Shown here piece by piece: positions 1 through 9,860 of a stretch of DNA of 64,000 bases. Origin of the DNA: Spirochaetaceae bacterium (GTDB lineage Bacteria; Spirochaetota; Spirochaetia; DSM-2461); the NCBI GenBank assembly GCA_965232615.1, contig OZ246985.1, positions 847,778 to 911,777 on the forward strand, read 5' to 3'. Below the pieces are notes generated by a model. It had not been told where the DNA came from, ran no database searches, and saw nothing but the letters and a program-made list of their open reading frames with translations. How positions within the stretch are numbered: the first letter of the stretch is position 1; the number at the start of each line of letters is the position of its first letter. The translations under genes and the position numbers were made by a program.

Positions 1-297
1 GATGAATTCCGGGAGAAGGGAAAAATTGTTCTTAATGCACAGATTTCCCGACCAGAATTCCAGGATAAGTTTCAATCCCTGATGAAAGATCCTGAACTGA
101 TAAGGGAACTGTCAACTTCGCTGGAAGAACTCATTGAGGACAGACTGAGGGAACTCACACCGGAGTTGGTGAAAGAACTGATGCAGAAAATAATGCGGAG
201 ACATCTTGGCTGGCTGGTTGTTTGGGGAGGTGTATCTGGAGGTCTGATTGGTGTGGGAATAAGTTTGTTTAGAGGGTACCTCCAGGGCATTGTTTGA
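1..297 (+). CDS. C-terminal part of a membrane protein (DUF445-like; 5' end cut by the window edge)
   Basis: Frame 1 is open from base 1 to the TGA at 295-297. The C-terminus HLGWLVVWGGVSGGLIGVGISL resembles DUF445/YheB-type tails. Confidence 0.4.
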   Translation, partial: DEFREKGKIVLNAQISRPEFQDKFQSLMKDPELIRELSTSLEELIEDRLRELTPELVKELMQKIMRRHLGWLVVWGGVSGGLIGVGISLFRGYLQGIV

Positions 298-365
298 CAG
301 ATGTGGGATTCGAGTGCATGCTTCCACCTTAACAAATCTCCATCCTTCCACTAAAGTTCTTCTTC

Positions 366-1298
366 ATGGAAAGCTATATTCTAGGAACCGGAGGCATGAT
401 GCCTCTCCCTTACCGCAATCTTACATCCATGCTTCTGCGTCGTGAGGGAGAAATTTTTTTGTTTGATAGTGGAGAGGCAACCCAGATAAGTCTACGGCAG
501 TTGAATCTCAGTTGGAAAAAAATATCAGTTATCCTCATCAGTCATACTCACGCGGACCATGTGACTGGCCTGCCGGGTATCCTTATGCTCAATTCCCAGG
601 TAGAGCGCACCGAGCCTCTGGTAATCATCGGCCCTTCGAAGGTGAAGGAATATGTGGAAACAAACCAGAAGATACTGAATATGTATATCAACTATCCCAT
701 AGAGATTCAGGAAATAACCCAGCCAGACATCCCCCAGGAGGTCTATAGAGGCAAGGGTTACTCTATTCGGTCATTTCCTCTGCGACATACCAGAGTATGT
801 GTTGGGTACACATTTCAGGAAGAACCCCGACCTGGAATTTTCTACCCTGAAAAAGCTCGTTCCATCGGAATTCCTGAGGGACCATTGTGGGGAAAACTCC
901 AGAAAGGCAATCCTGTCAGGCTTGAGAACGGTCAGATTATTCAACCTTCCCAGGTAATGGGAGATTCCCGGTCAGGACGTAAGGTTTGCTATGTGACGGA
1001 TACAGCCTGGCGTGATAGTATTCTTCCTGAAGTTTCTGGTGCTGACTTATTGATTTGTGAAGCCATGTTCAGTGAGGAATTCTCCGCATCCGCAAGAGAA
1101 AAGAAACACCTGACAGCCAGACAGGCCGGACGAATAGCCCGTGAAGCGGGAAGAGTGCATCGCATGGGTCTGATTCACTACAGCCCGCGCTATACAGACC
1201 GAGAATTGAAAATCCTCCGTGATGAATGCCGGGAGATCTTTCCCGAAGCATTTCTGTGTCGGGATCGAATGATGATTCCCCTGCCTTTCCTTGAATAG
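366..1298 (+). CDS. rnz: ribonuclease Z (metallo-beta-lactamase fold tRNA 3' endonuclease)
   Basis: 310 aa with the HTHADH (HxHxDH) motif. The N-terminus ILGTGGMMP...RNLTSMLL is typical of short-form RNase Z. Confidence 0.75.
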   Translation: MESYILGTGGMMPLPYRNLTSMLLRREGEIFLFDSGEATQISLRQLNLSWKKISVILISHTHADHVTGLPGILMLNSQVERTEPLVIIGPSKVKEYVETNQKILNMYINYPIEIQEITQPDIPQEVYRGKGYSIRSFPLRHTRVCVGYTFQEEPRPGIFYPEKARSIGIPEGPLWGKLQKGNPVRLENGQIIQPSQVMGDSRSGRKVCYVTDTAWRDSILPEVSGADLLICEAMFSEEFSASAREKKHLTARQAGRIAREAGRVHRMGLIHYSPRYTDRELKILRDECREIFPEAFLCRDRMMIPLPFLE

Positions 1299-1468
1299 AA
1301 GCCCGACTGATCCAATCAGTTATTTCATTCAATCTCTGAAAATGAGTCTCGATTTGAACTTGATCGCCTTATCGGGAAATGGGGTTCTCAGTGTCCATTC
1401 ATAGTAAAATCCGGTATAATGACTGGAAAATCTGAGGATACCATGGTAATTCGGTGTTTATGATTATT

Positions 1469-1588
1469 GGGCACCTCTAAAAAACCTTATTTCGTTTTTA
1501 GCTTGATCTTTTTCCTCGCTGCTACGTTGTCAAAATACTCAACTAAGCATGTGCGTCAATTTCCTAAAGCTGTTTTTTAGAGGTACCC
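1469..1588 (+). repeat. Minimal copy (E1) of the TIR-bounded MITE-like element: GGGCACCTCTAAAA end, 70-bp module A, cgtcaatttcctaaagctg, TTTTAGAGGTACCC end
   Basis: Inverted termini GGGCACCTCTAAAA/TTTTAGAGGTACCC. Module A (gatctttttcctcgctgctacgttgtcaaaatactcaactaagc) recurs in at least 8 other copies in the window. Confidence 0.85.
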
Positions 1589-1775
1589 TTGAGACAATCC
1601 CTGGGATAAGTGGGCACTGAATGTGCTCCGTAAGCCGAAAAAGCCTGATAACGGGTTGAAATCGCTAAGAAAGGTCGAAATTTACAGAAAAAAAATGAAA
1701 AAAGGACGTTATTCCCGAGTCAAAGGTTGCAAAACTATTTTTTTTGAGGTATCCATATATATAAGGAGGACCATA

Positions 1776-1862
1776 ATGAAGAAGAATTTATTTGAGTTGA
1801 TTAGTACGTCAGTATTTAAGACAAGCCGCATAGATGTGGTGAACACAAGGAGTCGTTCATGA
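1776..1862 (+). CDS. 28-codon upstream small ORF (MKKNLFELISTSVFKTSRIDVVNTRSRS) overlapping the start of the downstream lipoprotein gene
   Basis: Strong SD (ataaggagga) 7 nt before the ATG at 1776. Its stop TGA overlaps the ATG of the 1859 gene (tcATGA). Could be a leader peptide or translational-coupling ORF, or spurious. Confidence 0.25.
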   Translation: MKKNLFELISTSVFKTSRIDVVNTRSRS

Positions 1863-2707
1863 AGTTTGAGACCATAACAATTAGTATTCTGACCGCCCTC
1901 ATTCTGCTCGCCGGCTGTCCATCTGCCGATACAGTCGATATTGCAACAGTGCAGGGCTTCTCTATTTCCATTGGTGACCAAACTGTCACCGTCTCGCAAG
2001 CATCAACTTTCACCGTAACGATCAACAATGCCGATCTGACCGCAGGAACTGATTACGGCCTGAGCATAGAGAAAAAAGATGGAACCGCCGTAGAAGCCGT
2101 CACCATAGATAACAGCGGTCTAGTCTCTATAGCAGACACGATCGGCACAGACGATACCGGAACCTACACCGTTACAGCCGCCGGAACGGGCAAGTACACT
2201 GGAGAGACAACAGTCGATTTCGTACTGACGGTAGTGTACAACATAGGCGACACCGGCCCCGCCGGAGGGATAATCTTCTATGTGAATACTAATGCCGCCA
2301 GCGATGGATGGACTTACCTGGAGGCGGCCTCGCAGGATCACGATGTTACTGTTCCATGGGGTGCTGCTGTAACGGTTAACACGGGCACAGCCATAGGAAC
2401 CGGAGAATCCAACACAGCAATGATAGTGACCGCACTTGGTGATAACGGAGGAACGGCTTACGCGGCGAAAATCTGTAACGATTTAGTGCTGGACGGCTAT
2501 GATGACTGGTTTTTGCCGTCCAAGGATGAGTTGAATGAGTTGTATGAGCAGAAAGATTCAGTAGGAGTTTTCGCGTCTTATCACTACTGGTCCTCGTCGG
2601 AGTACAGTGCCAACGACGCGTGGGCTCAGTACTTCAACGATGGCTTCCAGTACAACAGCAGCAACGAGTACGACGGCATCCATGTCCGTGCGGTGAGGGC
2701 TTTTTAA
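1859..2707 (+). CDS. lipoprotein with Thr/Gly-rich repetitive N-terminal region and C-terminal DUF1566 (Lcl C-terminal-like) domain
   Basis: Signal peptide with lipobox LLAGC. The C-terminus DDWFLPSKDELNELY...YWSSSEY...VRAVRAF matches the DUF1566 signature (LPT/S..EL..L, YWSST, terminal VRxVR). Confidence 0.65.
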   Translation: MKFETITISILTALILLAGCPSADTVDIATVQGFSISIGDQTVTVSQASTFTVTINNADLTAGTDYGLSIEKKDGTAVEAVTIDNSGLVSIADTIGTDDTGTYTVTAAGTGKYTGETTVDFVLTVVYNIGDTGPAGGIIFYVNTNAASDGWTYLEAASQDHDVTVPWGAAVTVNTGTAIGTGESNTAMIVTALGDNGGTAYAAKICNDLVLDGYDDWFLPSKDELNELYEQKDSVGVFASYHYWSSSEYSANDAWAQYFNDGFQYNSSNEYDGIHVRAVRAF

Positions 2708-2787
2708 CTATTTGCCCATTTAACTATGGCATTCAGCGTTGGTTAGCCAACGCTGAATGCCGCATTTCTTACACAGCCTGAACTTAC

Positions 2788-3146
2788 GGGCACCTCTAAA
2801 ACCCCATTGAGTTCTTGACTCAGATCTTTTCCGCCGCTACTGCGTTGTCAAAATACTCAACTAAGCTTGAGTTTTTGCCTGCCTGTGCGTGTCCGCACGC
2901 AGACAGGCCGCCTTGCATCAAGAAAAAATTTAATCATGTGTGTACCGCTATCAGGTGTGTACCACTATCAGGTGTGTACCGCTATCAGGTGTGTACCGCT
3001 ATCAGGTGTGTACCGCTATCAGGTGTGTACCGCTATCAGGTGTGTACCGCAGGGCGTAGCCCGAGGAACACACCGCCACAGGGCGTAGCCCGAGGAACAC
3101 ACCGCCAGTGCGCCAAATTCTAAAAATGGTTTTTTAGAATTTGCCT
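2788..3146 (+). repeat. MITE-like element copy E2: GGGCACCTCTAAAA end, module A, palindromic module B, 7 x 16-bp units (gtgtaccgctatcagg), hairpin unit(s), ttttttagaatttgcc end
   Basis: Seen directly. Tandem 16-mers at about 2939-3051, then cagggcgtagcccgaggaacacaccgcca repeated twice. The right end supplies the stop codon of tsaE. The ORFs at 2815-3123 and 2867-3088 are translation artefacts of the repeats. Confidence 0.85.
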
Positions 3147-3631
3147 GAAGCATTGGTAACAGAGATTGATCTTTCACCATCTTTCATCATTTCAATATTG
3201 ACTTGTATCGTCCGATCCGGCAGTTCATTGATCACATGATCACCCCATTCGATAAGGCACACTCCAGACCCGTTAAGCATTTCCTCAATGCCAAGCCAAA
3301 AAAATTCTTCTACCGAATTCAATCGGTAGAGGTCCATGTGATAAAGCTTCATTGTACCACTGTATTCGTTGATCAGTATGAATGATGGACTGGTTACTGG
3401 TTCAATTACTCCAAGAGCTTCAGCGATCCCTTGAGCAAACACGGTTTTCCCGACTCCAAGGACACCTGACAGGGTGACTATATCTCCCGGAACAAGGTGT
3501 TTTCCGAACTGAAATCCTGCCTTTTTCGTTCCAGCAGTATCAAAGGTTTTAATCTCCATGACCTGAGTAGGCCGTCTTTTTCCATAATAAGGATTTTTTA
3601 GAGGTGCCCTTACGATAGTGAAGAGGAACAT
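3134..3631 (-). CDS. tsaE: tRNA threonylcarbamoyladenosine biosynthesis ATPase TsaE (YjeE)
   Basis: P-loop GVLGVGKT. Homology begins at MEIKTF, so the true start is probably the internal ATG at 3559. The annotated N-terminal extension reads through a solo TIR. The stop codon lies inside the E2 right terminus. Confidence 0.7.
   Translation of the reverse strand: MFLFTIVRAPLKNPYYGKRRPTQVMEIKTFDTAGTKKAGFQFGKHLVPGDIVTLSGVLGVGKTVFAQGIAEALGVIEPVTSPSFILINEYSGTMKLYHMDLYRLNSVEEFFWLGIEEMLNGSGVCLIEWGDHVINELPDRTIQVNIEMMKDGERSISVTNASGKF
3594..3609 (+). repeat. solo TIR (TTTTTTAGAGGTGCCC) of the MITE family
   Basis: Exact match to the element terminus, isolated between tsaE and parC. Confidence 0.5.
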
Positions 3632-3701
3632 CTTTCTTTACGAGTTGTTCCATACTTTGAACTAACATTGTGTTCAAGGATAGTAATCCATTGCACTCAG
3701 G

Positions 3702-5630
3702 TCAAGCGTTCTTTTCGAGCGCCTTGATACTGATAAATCGGGCGGATGTAAACTCCCTGGGTTTCAGCCGCACCCCTCTGGCCCTTACACCTTTTACAAG
3801 GTATTCACTCACGGGAAAGGCGTCAGCATTTTTAATGAGACTTTTCTGCTTAAAATCTACAACAGCAGCAACATCTTCCTTCGTAGTGAAGCGGATCATT
3901 TCACCTTCTTCCGGAATCAGTGAATATGATCGATTGAGGATGAACTGAGTTATCTGACAACGTTTGATGTAGGGGAAATTGTTCTCAGTATTTCTGTAAA
4001 TAAGGGAAAAGATCACGGAATCACAGGTGTCCTTATCGGCCAGATTCGCGTAGAGCATACCCTTGCCCACGAAAATCTTGTCCGGTACATCTGTTACCAG
4101 ATACGTACCATCTTTTTTTATGTAGATGACCCTGTCGTACACTGATGCGGAAAAAAGAATCCGACCGCCAGAGGTCTCATACCCCAGGTATCCTGTGTTC
4201 GGATTGTATTTCACTTTCAGATTCTTTTGGGCCACATCCCGGATATCCACTTTCTGCAGCGAAACAATCTCACTGTGTCTGGGATATTTCGACCGGTATT
4301 TCTCAACAATCCCGTCAAGGTAGCGGAGGGCACAGGCCACCAGATGAGTCAGATGATGATCAATTTCAGTGACCCTTTCCTGTAATTGCTGGATTTCATC
4401 CACCATCCGCTTGATGTCAAATTGACTTATACGCCTTATGGGTATTTTGAGAAGGCGTTCGATATCGTCATCACTGACTTCGCGTTCAATCTCCTTCTCA
4501 AATGCTTTAAATTCCCTGTGTACGGTTCGAAATATGCCCGATACGGTTTTAATTGGTTCAATTTGCTTGTAGATTTTCTCAACAATGAAGATTTTCTCCA
4601 GGTTTCGTGCATGAATTTTATCCAGCAAGTGACCTTTTTCGATGAGAAGTTCCTTCTCCAGCAGCTTGAGCAGTCTGTCAGCATGATACTGTATAACGTC
4701 AGGAACATTCATCACCGAGGGCTTATCTTCGTTGATAAGGAGCATGTTTACCGGGATGCTCACTTCACAATCGGTAAAGGCATACAGGGCATCCAGTACA
4801 TCCTCAGTATGCACTCCCCGGGACAGTCTTATTTCTATCTCAACAGACTCTGTGGTGTAATCATTGATGACTCCAACTTTGATCTTATTAGACCTGGCAG
4901 CACTCTCAATCGATGCGATGAGACTTTCTGTTGTAACCCCGTAGGGGAGCTGACGTATCACAATGCTTTTAGGATCGGATGAATCCAGTAGCGCTCTGCT
5001 GAGGATCTTTCCATTTCCTTCATTGTAATTCGTAACATCAATGATGCCCCCGGAAGGAATATCAGGATAAATTGTAAAATCTTCCCCTCTCAAACAGGCC
5101 TGCTCAGCTTCAATAACCTCAATGAGATTATGGGGTAGCAATCGTGTGGACATACCAACGGCAATTCCTTCAGCACCCAGAATTAAAGGTAGGGGAATCT
5201 TTGCTGGAAGAGTGACAGGTTCCTGTCTGCGTCCATCATAGGACTCGGTAAACAAAGTTATTTCCGGTCCGAAGAGCACCTCTTTGGCCATGGGCAATAG
5301 GCGACATTCAATGTACCGAGCTGCGGCAGCTGGATCTCCAGTGAAGGTATTGCCGAAATTTCCCTGCCTGTCGATGAAGAAATCCTTGTTGGCCAGGTTG
5401 ACCAGTGCCTCATAGATGGAGGCATCCCCGTGAGGGTGATACTGCATCGCATGACCAATAACATTGGCCACCTTGTGAAATTTCCCATCGTCAATATCAA
5501 ACAAAGACTGGAGAATCCGCCGCTGGACTGGCTTGAGACCATCTTCCAGATGGGGGATGGCCCTCTCTTTGATAACATACGAGGCATATTCAAGAAAATT
5601 TGTGTTAAAGATTTTACTTATATACGCCAT
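3702..5630 (-). CDS. parC: DNA topoisomerase IV subunit A (short GyrA/ParC-type, lacks the long C-terminal domain)
   Basis: 642 aa with a GyrA/ParC N-terminal catalytic core (AIPHLEDGLKPVQRRIL, YHPHGD). The size matches spirochaete ParC rather than GyrA. Confidence 0.75.
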   Translation of the reverse strand: MAYISKIFNTNFLEYASYVIKERAIPHLEDGLKPVQRRILQSLFDIDDGKFHKVANVIGHAMQYHPHGDASIYEALVNLANKDFFIDRQGNFGNTFTGDPAAAARYIECRLLPMAKEVLFGPEITLFTESYDGRRQEPVTLPAKIPLPLILGAEGIAVGMSTRLLPHNLIEVIEAEQACLRGEDFTIYPDIPSGGIIDVTNYNEGNGKILSRALLDSSDPKSIVIRQLPYGVTTESLIASIESAARSNKIKVGVINDYTTESVEIEIRLSRGVHTEDVLDALYAFTDCEVSIPVNMLLINEDKPSVMNVPDVIQYHADRLLKLLEKELLIEKGHLLDKIHARNLEKIFIVEKIYKQIEPIKTVSGIFRTVHREFKAFEKEIEREVSDDDIERLLKIPIRRISQFDIKRMVDEIQQLQERVTEIDHHLTHLVACALRYLDGIVEKYRSKYPRHSEIVSLQKVDIRDVAQKNLKVKYNPNTGYLGYETSGGRILFSASVYDRVIYIKKDGTYLVTDVPDKIFVGKGMLYANLADKDTCDSVIFSLIYRNTENNFPYIKRCQITQFILNRSYSLIPEEGEMIRFTTKEDVAAVVDFKQKSLIKNADAFPVSEYLVKGVRARGVRLKPREFTSARFISIKALEKNA

Positions 5631-7447
5631 TAAACCAGATTATCCATGATGTATTCACGCCGCTGAGGGGTATTTTTACCCATATAGAACGCAAGAGTCT
5701 CCGGCACGGTTTTCATCGATTTGATACCAATCGGCACAATGCGCATGTCCTCTCCAATAAACTGACCAAATTCCCCGGGGCTGATCTCTCCCAGTCCCTT
5801 GAATCTCGTCACTTCACGTCCCTTGATGGTTGTCATGGCGGAGTTCTTCTCTCTTTCGGAATAGCAATACTGTGTTTCCTTTTTATTTCGTACCCGGAAC
5901 AGCGGTGTCTCAAGGATGTAGATATGCCCGCCGATTACCAACTCCTCGAAGTAATTCAAAAAGAACGTCAGTATCAGATTCCGGATGTGAAATCCATCTG
6001 TATCGGCATCTGTGGCTATTACAACACGTTCGTAGCGCAGGTTGTCAATATCGTTCTCAATTCCAAGAGCCATCATCAGATTGAACAATTCTTCATTCCT
6101 GTAAATGGCTGTACGGCCTTTCCCGTAACTGTTCCAGGGCTTCCCCCGGAGAGAATAGACTGCTTGAGTGTGCACGTCTCTGCAACTGACAATTGAACCT
6201 GCAGCGGACATACCCTCTGTGATGAATATGGTGGTTTCATCACCACGCTTATCTCCCCGGTGATACTTGCAGTCTTTCAGTTTGGGAATGTTCAGAGATA
6301 TTTTTTTTGCCGCAGCTTTAGCTTCTTTTTTTACCGACGCAAGTTCCTTCCGGAGTTTCTCATTATTGACAATCTTCTCCTCAAGAATTCTGGCTGTTTC
6401 GGGGTTCTTATGCAGGTAGTCCACTACAGCTGCCTTGACCTCCCTGACAATCCATGCGCGCACCTCAGTATTTCCAAGCTTGTTTTTAGTCTGACTTTCA
6501 AATACGGGATCCTTCACCTTCACCGCAATGCAGCCGGCAATACCTTCCCGAACATCGGTACCGGAGTAGTTTTTTTTCGTGAATTCGTTCACTCCTTTGA
6601 GCAAGCCCTCCCGGAATGCACTGAGATGAGTTCCCCCATCGGCAGTAAACTGTCCGTTTACAAATGAGAAATGATTTTCTCCATAATTTGCCGTATGCGT
6701 AAAAGCTATCTCCAGTTTATCTCCAGTGTGATAAACTATGGGATAGAGAGCCGTATCACCAACTTCCTGATCCAATAAATCATGTAACCCCTTTTTTGAT
6801 TCAAATCTGGTACCGTTGTAATACAGACTTAGATTTCGGTTCAGACAGGCATACACCCACATGCGCCGTTCAATATACTCATCCATAAATTCATAGTCAG
6901 GAAATATATCCCTATCCGGTATGAACTCGGCGTAAGTACCATCAGCATATCCTTCACAGTTGCCCTTTCTTTCTTTATTGAGAACACCTTTCTCGAACAG
7001 AGCTTCCCTGAATTTCCCATCCCTGTAGGAACGAATGAGAAAAAAACTGGACAAGGCATTCACGGCCTTCGTTCCCACTCCATTGAGGCCCACTGAAAAC
7101 TGAAATACATCATCGTTATATTTTGCGCCTGTGTTGATAACACTCACACATTCAATGAGCTTGCCATGAGGGATCCCCCTGCCATAGTCGCGGCAGGCGA
7201 TCCTCCCGTTCTTGTGTTTGATTTCAATCTTCTTACCGAAGCCCATGATGTATTCATCAATGGCATTGTCCACTACTTCCTTGAGAAGGATGTAGATACC
7301 GTCCTCGGAATTTGAGCCATCACCAAGACGGCCAATATACATACCGGAACGAAGGCGAATATGTTCAAGAGAACTGATCGTTTTTATTTTACTTTCATCA
7401 TAGATCTGAGATGGAGGTGACATGCATCCTATCTTAAAGATTTTCAA
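5630..7447 (-). CDS. parE: DNA topoisomerase IV subunit B (GyrB/ParE family ATPase plus Toprim)
   Basis: 605 aa with GHKL ATPase and Toprim motifs (EGDSAAG-like MSAAGS, PLRGK-type SLRGK). Adjacent to and overlapping parC. Confidence 0.75.
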   Translation of the reverse strand: MKIFKIGCMSPPSQIYDESKIKTISSLEHIRLRSGMYIGRLGDGSNSEDGIYILLKEVVDNAIDEYIMGFGKKIEIKHKNGRIACRDYGRGIPHGKLIECVSVINTGAKYNDDVFQFSVGLNGVGTKAVNALSSFFLIRSYRDGKFREALFEKGVLNKERKGNCEGYADGTYAEFIPDRDIFPDYEFMDEYIERRMWVYACLNRNLSLYYNGTRFESKKGLHDLLDQEVGDTALYPIVYHTGDKLEIAFTHTANYGENHFSFVNGQFTADGGTHLSAFREGLLKGVNEFTKKNYSGTDVREGIAGCIAVKVKDPVFESQTKNKLGNTEVRAWIVREVKAAVVDYLHKNPETARILEEKIVNNEKLRKELASVKKEAKAAAKKISLNIPKLKDCKYHRGDKRGDETTIFITEGMSAAGSIVSCRDVHTQAVYSLRGKPWNSYGKGRTAIYRNEELFNLMMALGIENDIDNLRYERVVIATDADTDGFHIRNLILTFFLNYFEELVIGGHIYILETPLFRVRNKKETQYCYSEREKNSAMTTIKGREVTRFKGLGEISPGEFGQFIGEDMRIVPIGIKSMKTVPETLAFYMGKNTPQRREYIMDNLV

Positions 7448-7518
7448 TCGACAGTAAAGACCAGGGATGACTCAGATGGAAAACAAACCTGAAGTGCCAG
7501 TGTTATGGCTGTCTCCCA

Positions 7519-8499
7519 CTAACGGAAAACTCCAGGAACAGCATGGGAACAATTCGGGCACAAACTGTCGTCCATAATGCTGCACTCGGTTTTGTATCCC
7601 TGCCGTCTGATGAGTATGTTCTGGCATTCTGGACAGTGAGTATGATTTTCAATCCCAATATTTCCAATGTAGACATAGTTGAGATATTGTCTGGCAATAT
7701 CCGTCAGGTTTTTCAGAGTTTTCCCGGAAGTAGCTGGCCTTGAATAGTGGTGAGCGGGATAGTAAGCGGTAAGATGGAAGGGAATGTCTGGCGATATACC
7801 GGCAATCCATGAACACTGTTCATGCATCATCTTATCACTGTCATTGTCATCCGGGACAATCAGAGTGGTTAATTCTATCCATGAAAACTGTTGAGCCAGC
7901 TTAATGAATTCCTTGACAGTTTCAAGACGACCTTTCAGGGTATTTTTGTAATACTGATGGTTCCATGATTTCAGATCAATGTTTACCCCATCCATGTATG
8001 AAAGAATTTCCGCTGCAGGATTCGGATTGACGCAGCCATTAGTCACCATGACTGTAGAAATCTTCTGTTCTTGAGCCAGTTGAGCTGCTTCAATGAGATA
8101 TTCGGCATGTATGCCGGGTTCTGAATAAGTAAAGGCAACTATCCTGGCATGTGATTCCATTGCCCTGTGAATAGATTCCTCTGGTTTCACCAGATAGCCT
8201 TTTCCATCCGGGAAACTGGAAATATTATGATTCTGGCAAAAGGGACAGTCCATATTACATCCAGCAAAACCCATGGACCAGACAGGATGGCCGGGATAGA
8301 AATGGTAAAGAGGCTTCTTCTCCACAGGATCAAGGCTTTCAGCAGTGAGCATGCCCCATGACAGAAGAACAATTCCATCAGGTGATCCCTGCCTCACTCC
8401 ACAGAGACCAGTGGCCCCATCTTCAAGGGAACACTGATGAGGACAGAGCAAACAGGTGGTTTTGCCTTCATTTTTTCTCCACCAGCGCCCCTTCCGCAT
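7519..8499 (-). CDS. radical SAM enzyme, AmmeMemoRadiSam-system / PFL-activase-like
   Basis: CNMDCPFC (Cx3Cx2C) radical SAM cluster motif plus N-terminal CLLCPHQC...GLCGVR typical of the AmmeMemoRadiSam family. Its ATG overlaps the metK stop (TGATG). Confidence 0.65.
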   Translation of the reverse strand: MRKGRWWRKNEGKTTCLLCPHQCSLEDGATGLCGVRQGSPDGIVLLSWGMLTAESLDPVEKKPLYHFYPGHPVWSMGFAGCNMDCPFCQNHNISSFPDGKGYLVKPEESIHRAMESHARIVAFTYSEPGIHAEYLIEAAQLAQEQKISTVMVTNGCVNPNPAAEILSYMDGVNIDLKSWNHQYYKNTLKGRLETVKEFIKLAQQFSWIELTTLIVPDDNDSDKMMHEQCSWIAGISPDIPFHLTAYYPAHHYSRPATSGKTLKNLTDIARQYLNYVYIGNIGIENHTHCPECQNILIRRQGYKTECSIMDDSLCPNCSHAVPGVFR

Positions 8500-9860
8500 C
8501 AGGACAGGGCATCCTTCAAATCGTCTACCCTGTCAGTTTTTTCCCAGGGGAAACCATCCCTGCCGAAATGACCATAGGCGGCTGTGGGGTAGTAAATGGG
8601 ACGCTTAAGATTCAATGCTGAGATGATGCCCGATGGGGTTAGGTCAAATAGCCTGGGAATAATGGATTCAATTTTTTCCGCTTCTATCCTGCCGGAATTG
8701 AAAGTGTTGATATATACCGAAACGGGTTCTGCTATGCCGATGGCATAGGCCAGTTGAACTTCCACTTCGTCAATCAATTCTGTTGCAACAAGATTCTTAG
8801 CCAGATACCGTGCCATGTAAGCAGCCGATCTGTCCACTTTGGAGGGGTCTTTTCCAGAGAAGGCCCCTCCTCCATGTCTGGCATACCCTCCATAAGTGTC
8901 AACGACTATTTTACGGCCTGTAAGACCAACATCCCCTTTGGGGCCGCCAATCACAAATCGGCCTGTCGGGTTTATATGGAACACAGTTTTATTCGTCAGT
9001 AAATTTCGTGGCAGTGCAGGACGTATTACTTCTTCAATGAGTCCCTCTCTCACTTGTTTATGGGTTACACTTTCCAGGTGTTGATGCGATAACACAACAG
9101 TTTCAATGGATACAGGTTTGTGGGATTCATAGCGAACGGTTACCTGGCATTTCCCATCGGGACGAAGAAAATCAAGCTTCCGGGATTTTCTCACTTCTGC
9201 GGCTTTTTTCATAATGCGGTGAGAAAACTCAATGGGAGCAGGCATGAATGAATCAGTCTGCCGACAGGCGTAACCAAACATCAGGCCTTGATCACCAGCA
9301 CCCTGATCCTTGTGTAATCCTTCGCCGAAAGTAACACCCTGGGAGATGTCGGTGGACTGGGGCTTAATCATGGTCAATATAGAACAGGATTTTCGGTCAA
9401 TTCCATCTTCAGGTTTGTCATACCCGATATCCCTCAAAACTTCCTGGGCTGTTTGAATGATATCGATATAGTGACCAGTCGTTATTTCACCACCCACCAG
9501 GACGATGCCGGTCGATGTATAGCATTCGCAGGCCACCCGGGATTCGGGATCCTTTTGCAATACCCTGTCAAGGACTGCATCGGATATTAAATCGCATATT
9601 TTGTCTGGATGACCTTCTCCAACACTTTCAGATGTGAATATATAATCTGAACGTTTCTGCATATTAGGGTATCTTATACTGAATGTGCCGCTGAAGTCAA
9701 TCAGTTTACAGTCCTGTGTATATCGACACTTCCAGGCTTCCTGGAGGTGCCCCGAAGCATTTTCCAGTGTCAGAAAGCTCTCATCAACCAATGTACCCAT
9801 GGCGTTCCTCTCTCTGTGTGAGGTAGATTTTCCTGAATACTTACAGTATGATGCTTCCAT
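8499..9860 (-). CDS. metK: S-adenosylmethionine synthetase
   Basis: Canonical MetK core ([25 protein letters not shown]). Homology starts at the [12 protein letters not shown] motif, so the true start is likely near 9662. The upstream 66 codons are probably leader. Confidence 0.85.
   Translation of the reverse strand: MEASYCKYSGKSTSHRERNAMGTLVDESFLTLENASGHLQEAWKCRYTQDCKLIDFSGTFSIRYPNMQKRSDYIFTSESVGEGHPDKICDLISDAVLDRVLQKDPESRVACECYTSTGIVLVGGEITTGHYIDIIQTAQEVLRDIGYDKPEDGIDRKSCSILTMIKPQSTDISQGVTFGEGLHKDQGAGDQGLMFGYACRQTDSFMPAPIEFSHRIMKKAAEVRKSRKLDFLRPDGKCQVTVRYESHKPVSIETVVLSHQHLESVTHKQVREGLIEEVIRPALPRNLLTNKTVFHINPTGRFVIGGPKGDVGLTGRKIVVDTYGGYARHGGGAFSGKDPSKVDRSAAYMARYLAKNLVATELIDEVEVQLAYAIGIAEPVSVYINTFNSGRIEAEKIESIIPRLFDLTPSGIISALNLKRPIYYPTAAYGHFGRDGFPWEKTDRVDDLKDALS

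Noticed and set aside
2815-3123. ORFs reported inside repeat arrays (2815-3123, 2867-3088, 13837-14121, 46209-46442, 59764-60258, 59867-60202, 63390-63575), with repetitive peptides such as CTAIRCVPLSGVYRYQV or QVRTAGAKLRGTHRQPLRLAPLLPPCIKKKFK
   Set aside because: These are pure translation of tandem DNA repeats. They have no start context and are open on both strands. They overlap the elements' inverted termini. They are not protein genes.
3559-3631. Annotated 24-aa N-terminal extension of TsaE
   Set aside because: The extension reads through the solo repeat terminus (RAPLKNP is GGGCACCTCTAAAAAATCC on the minus strand). Homology to TsaE starts at the internal Met. It is probably not translated.
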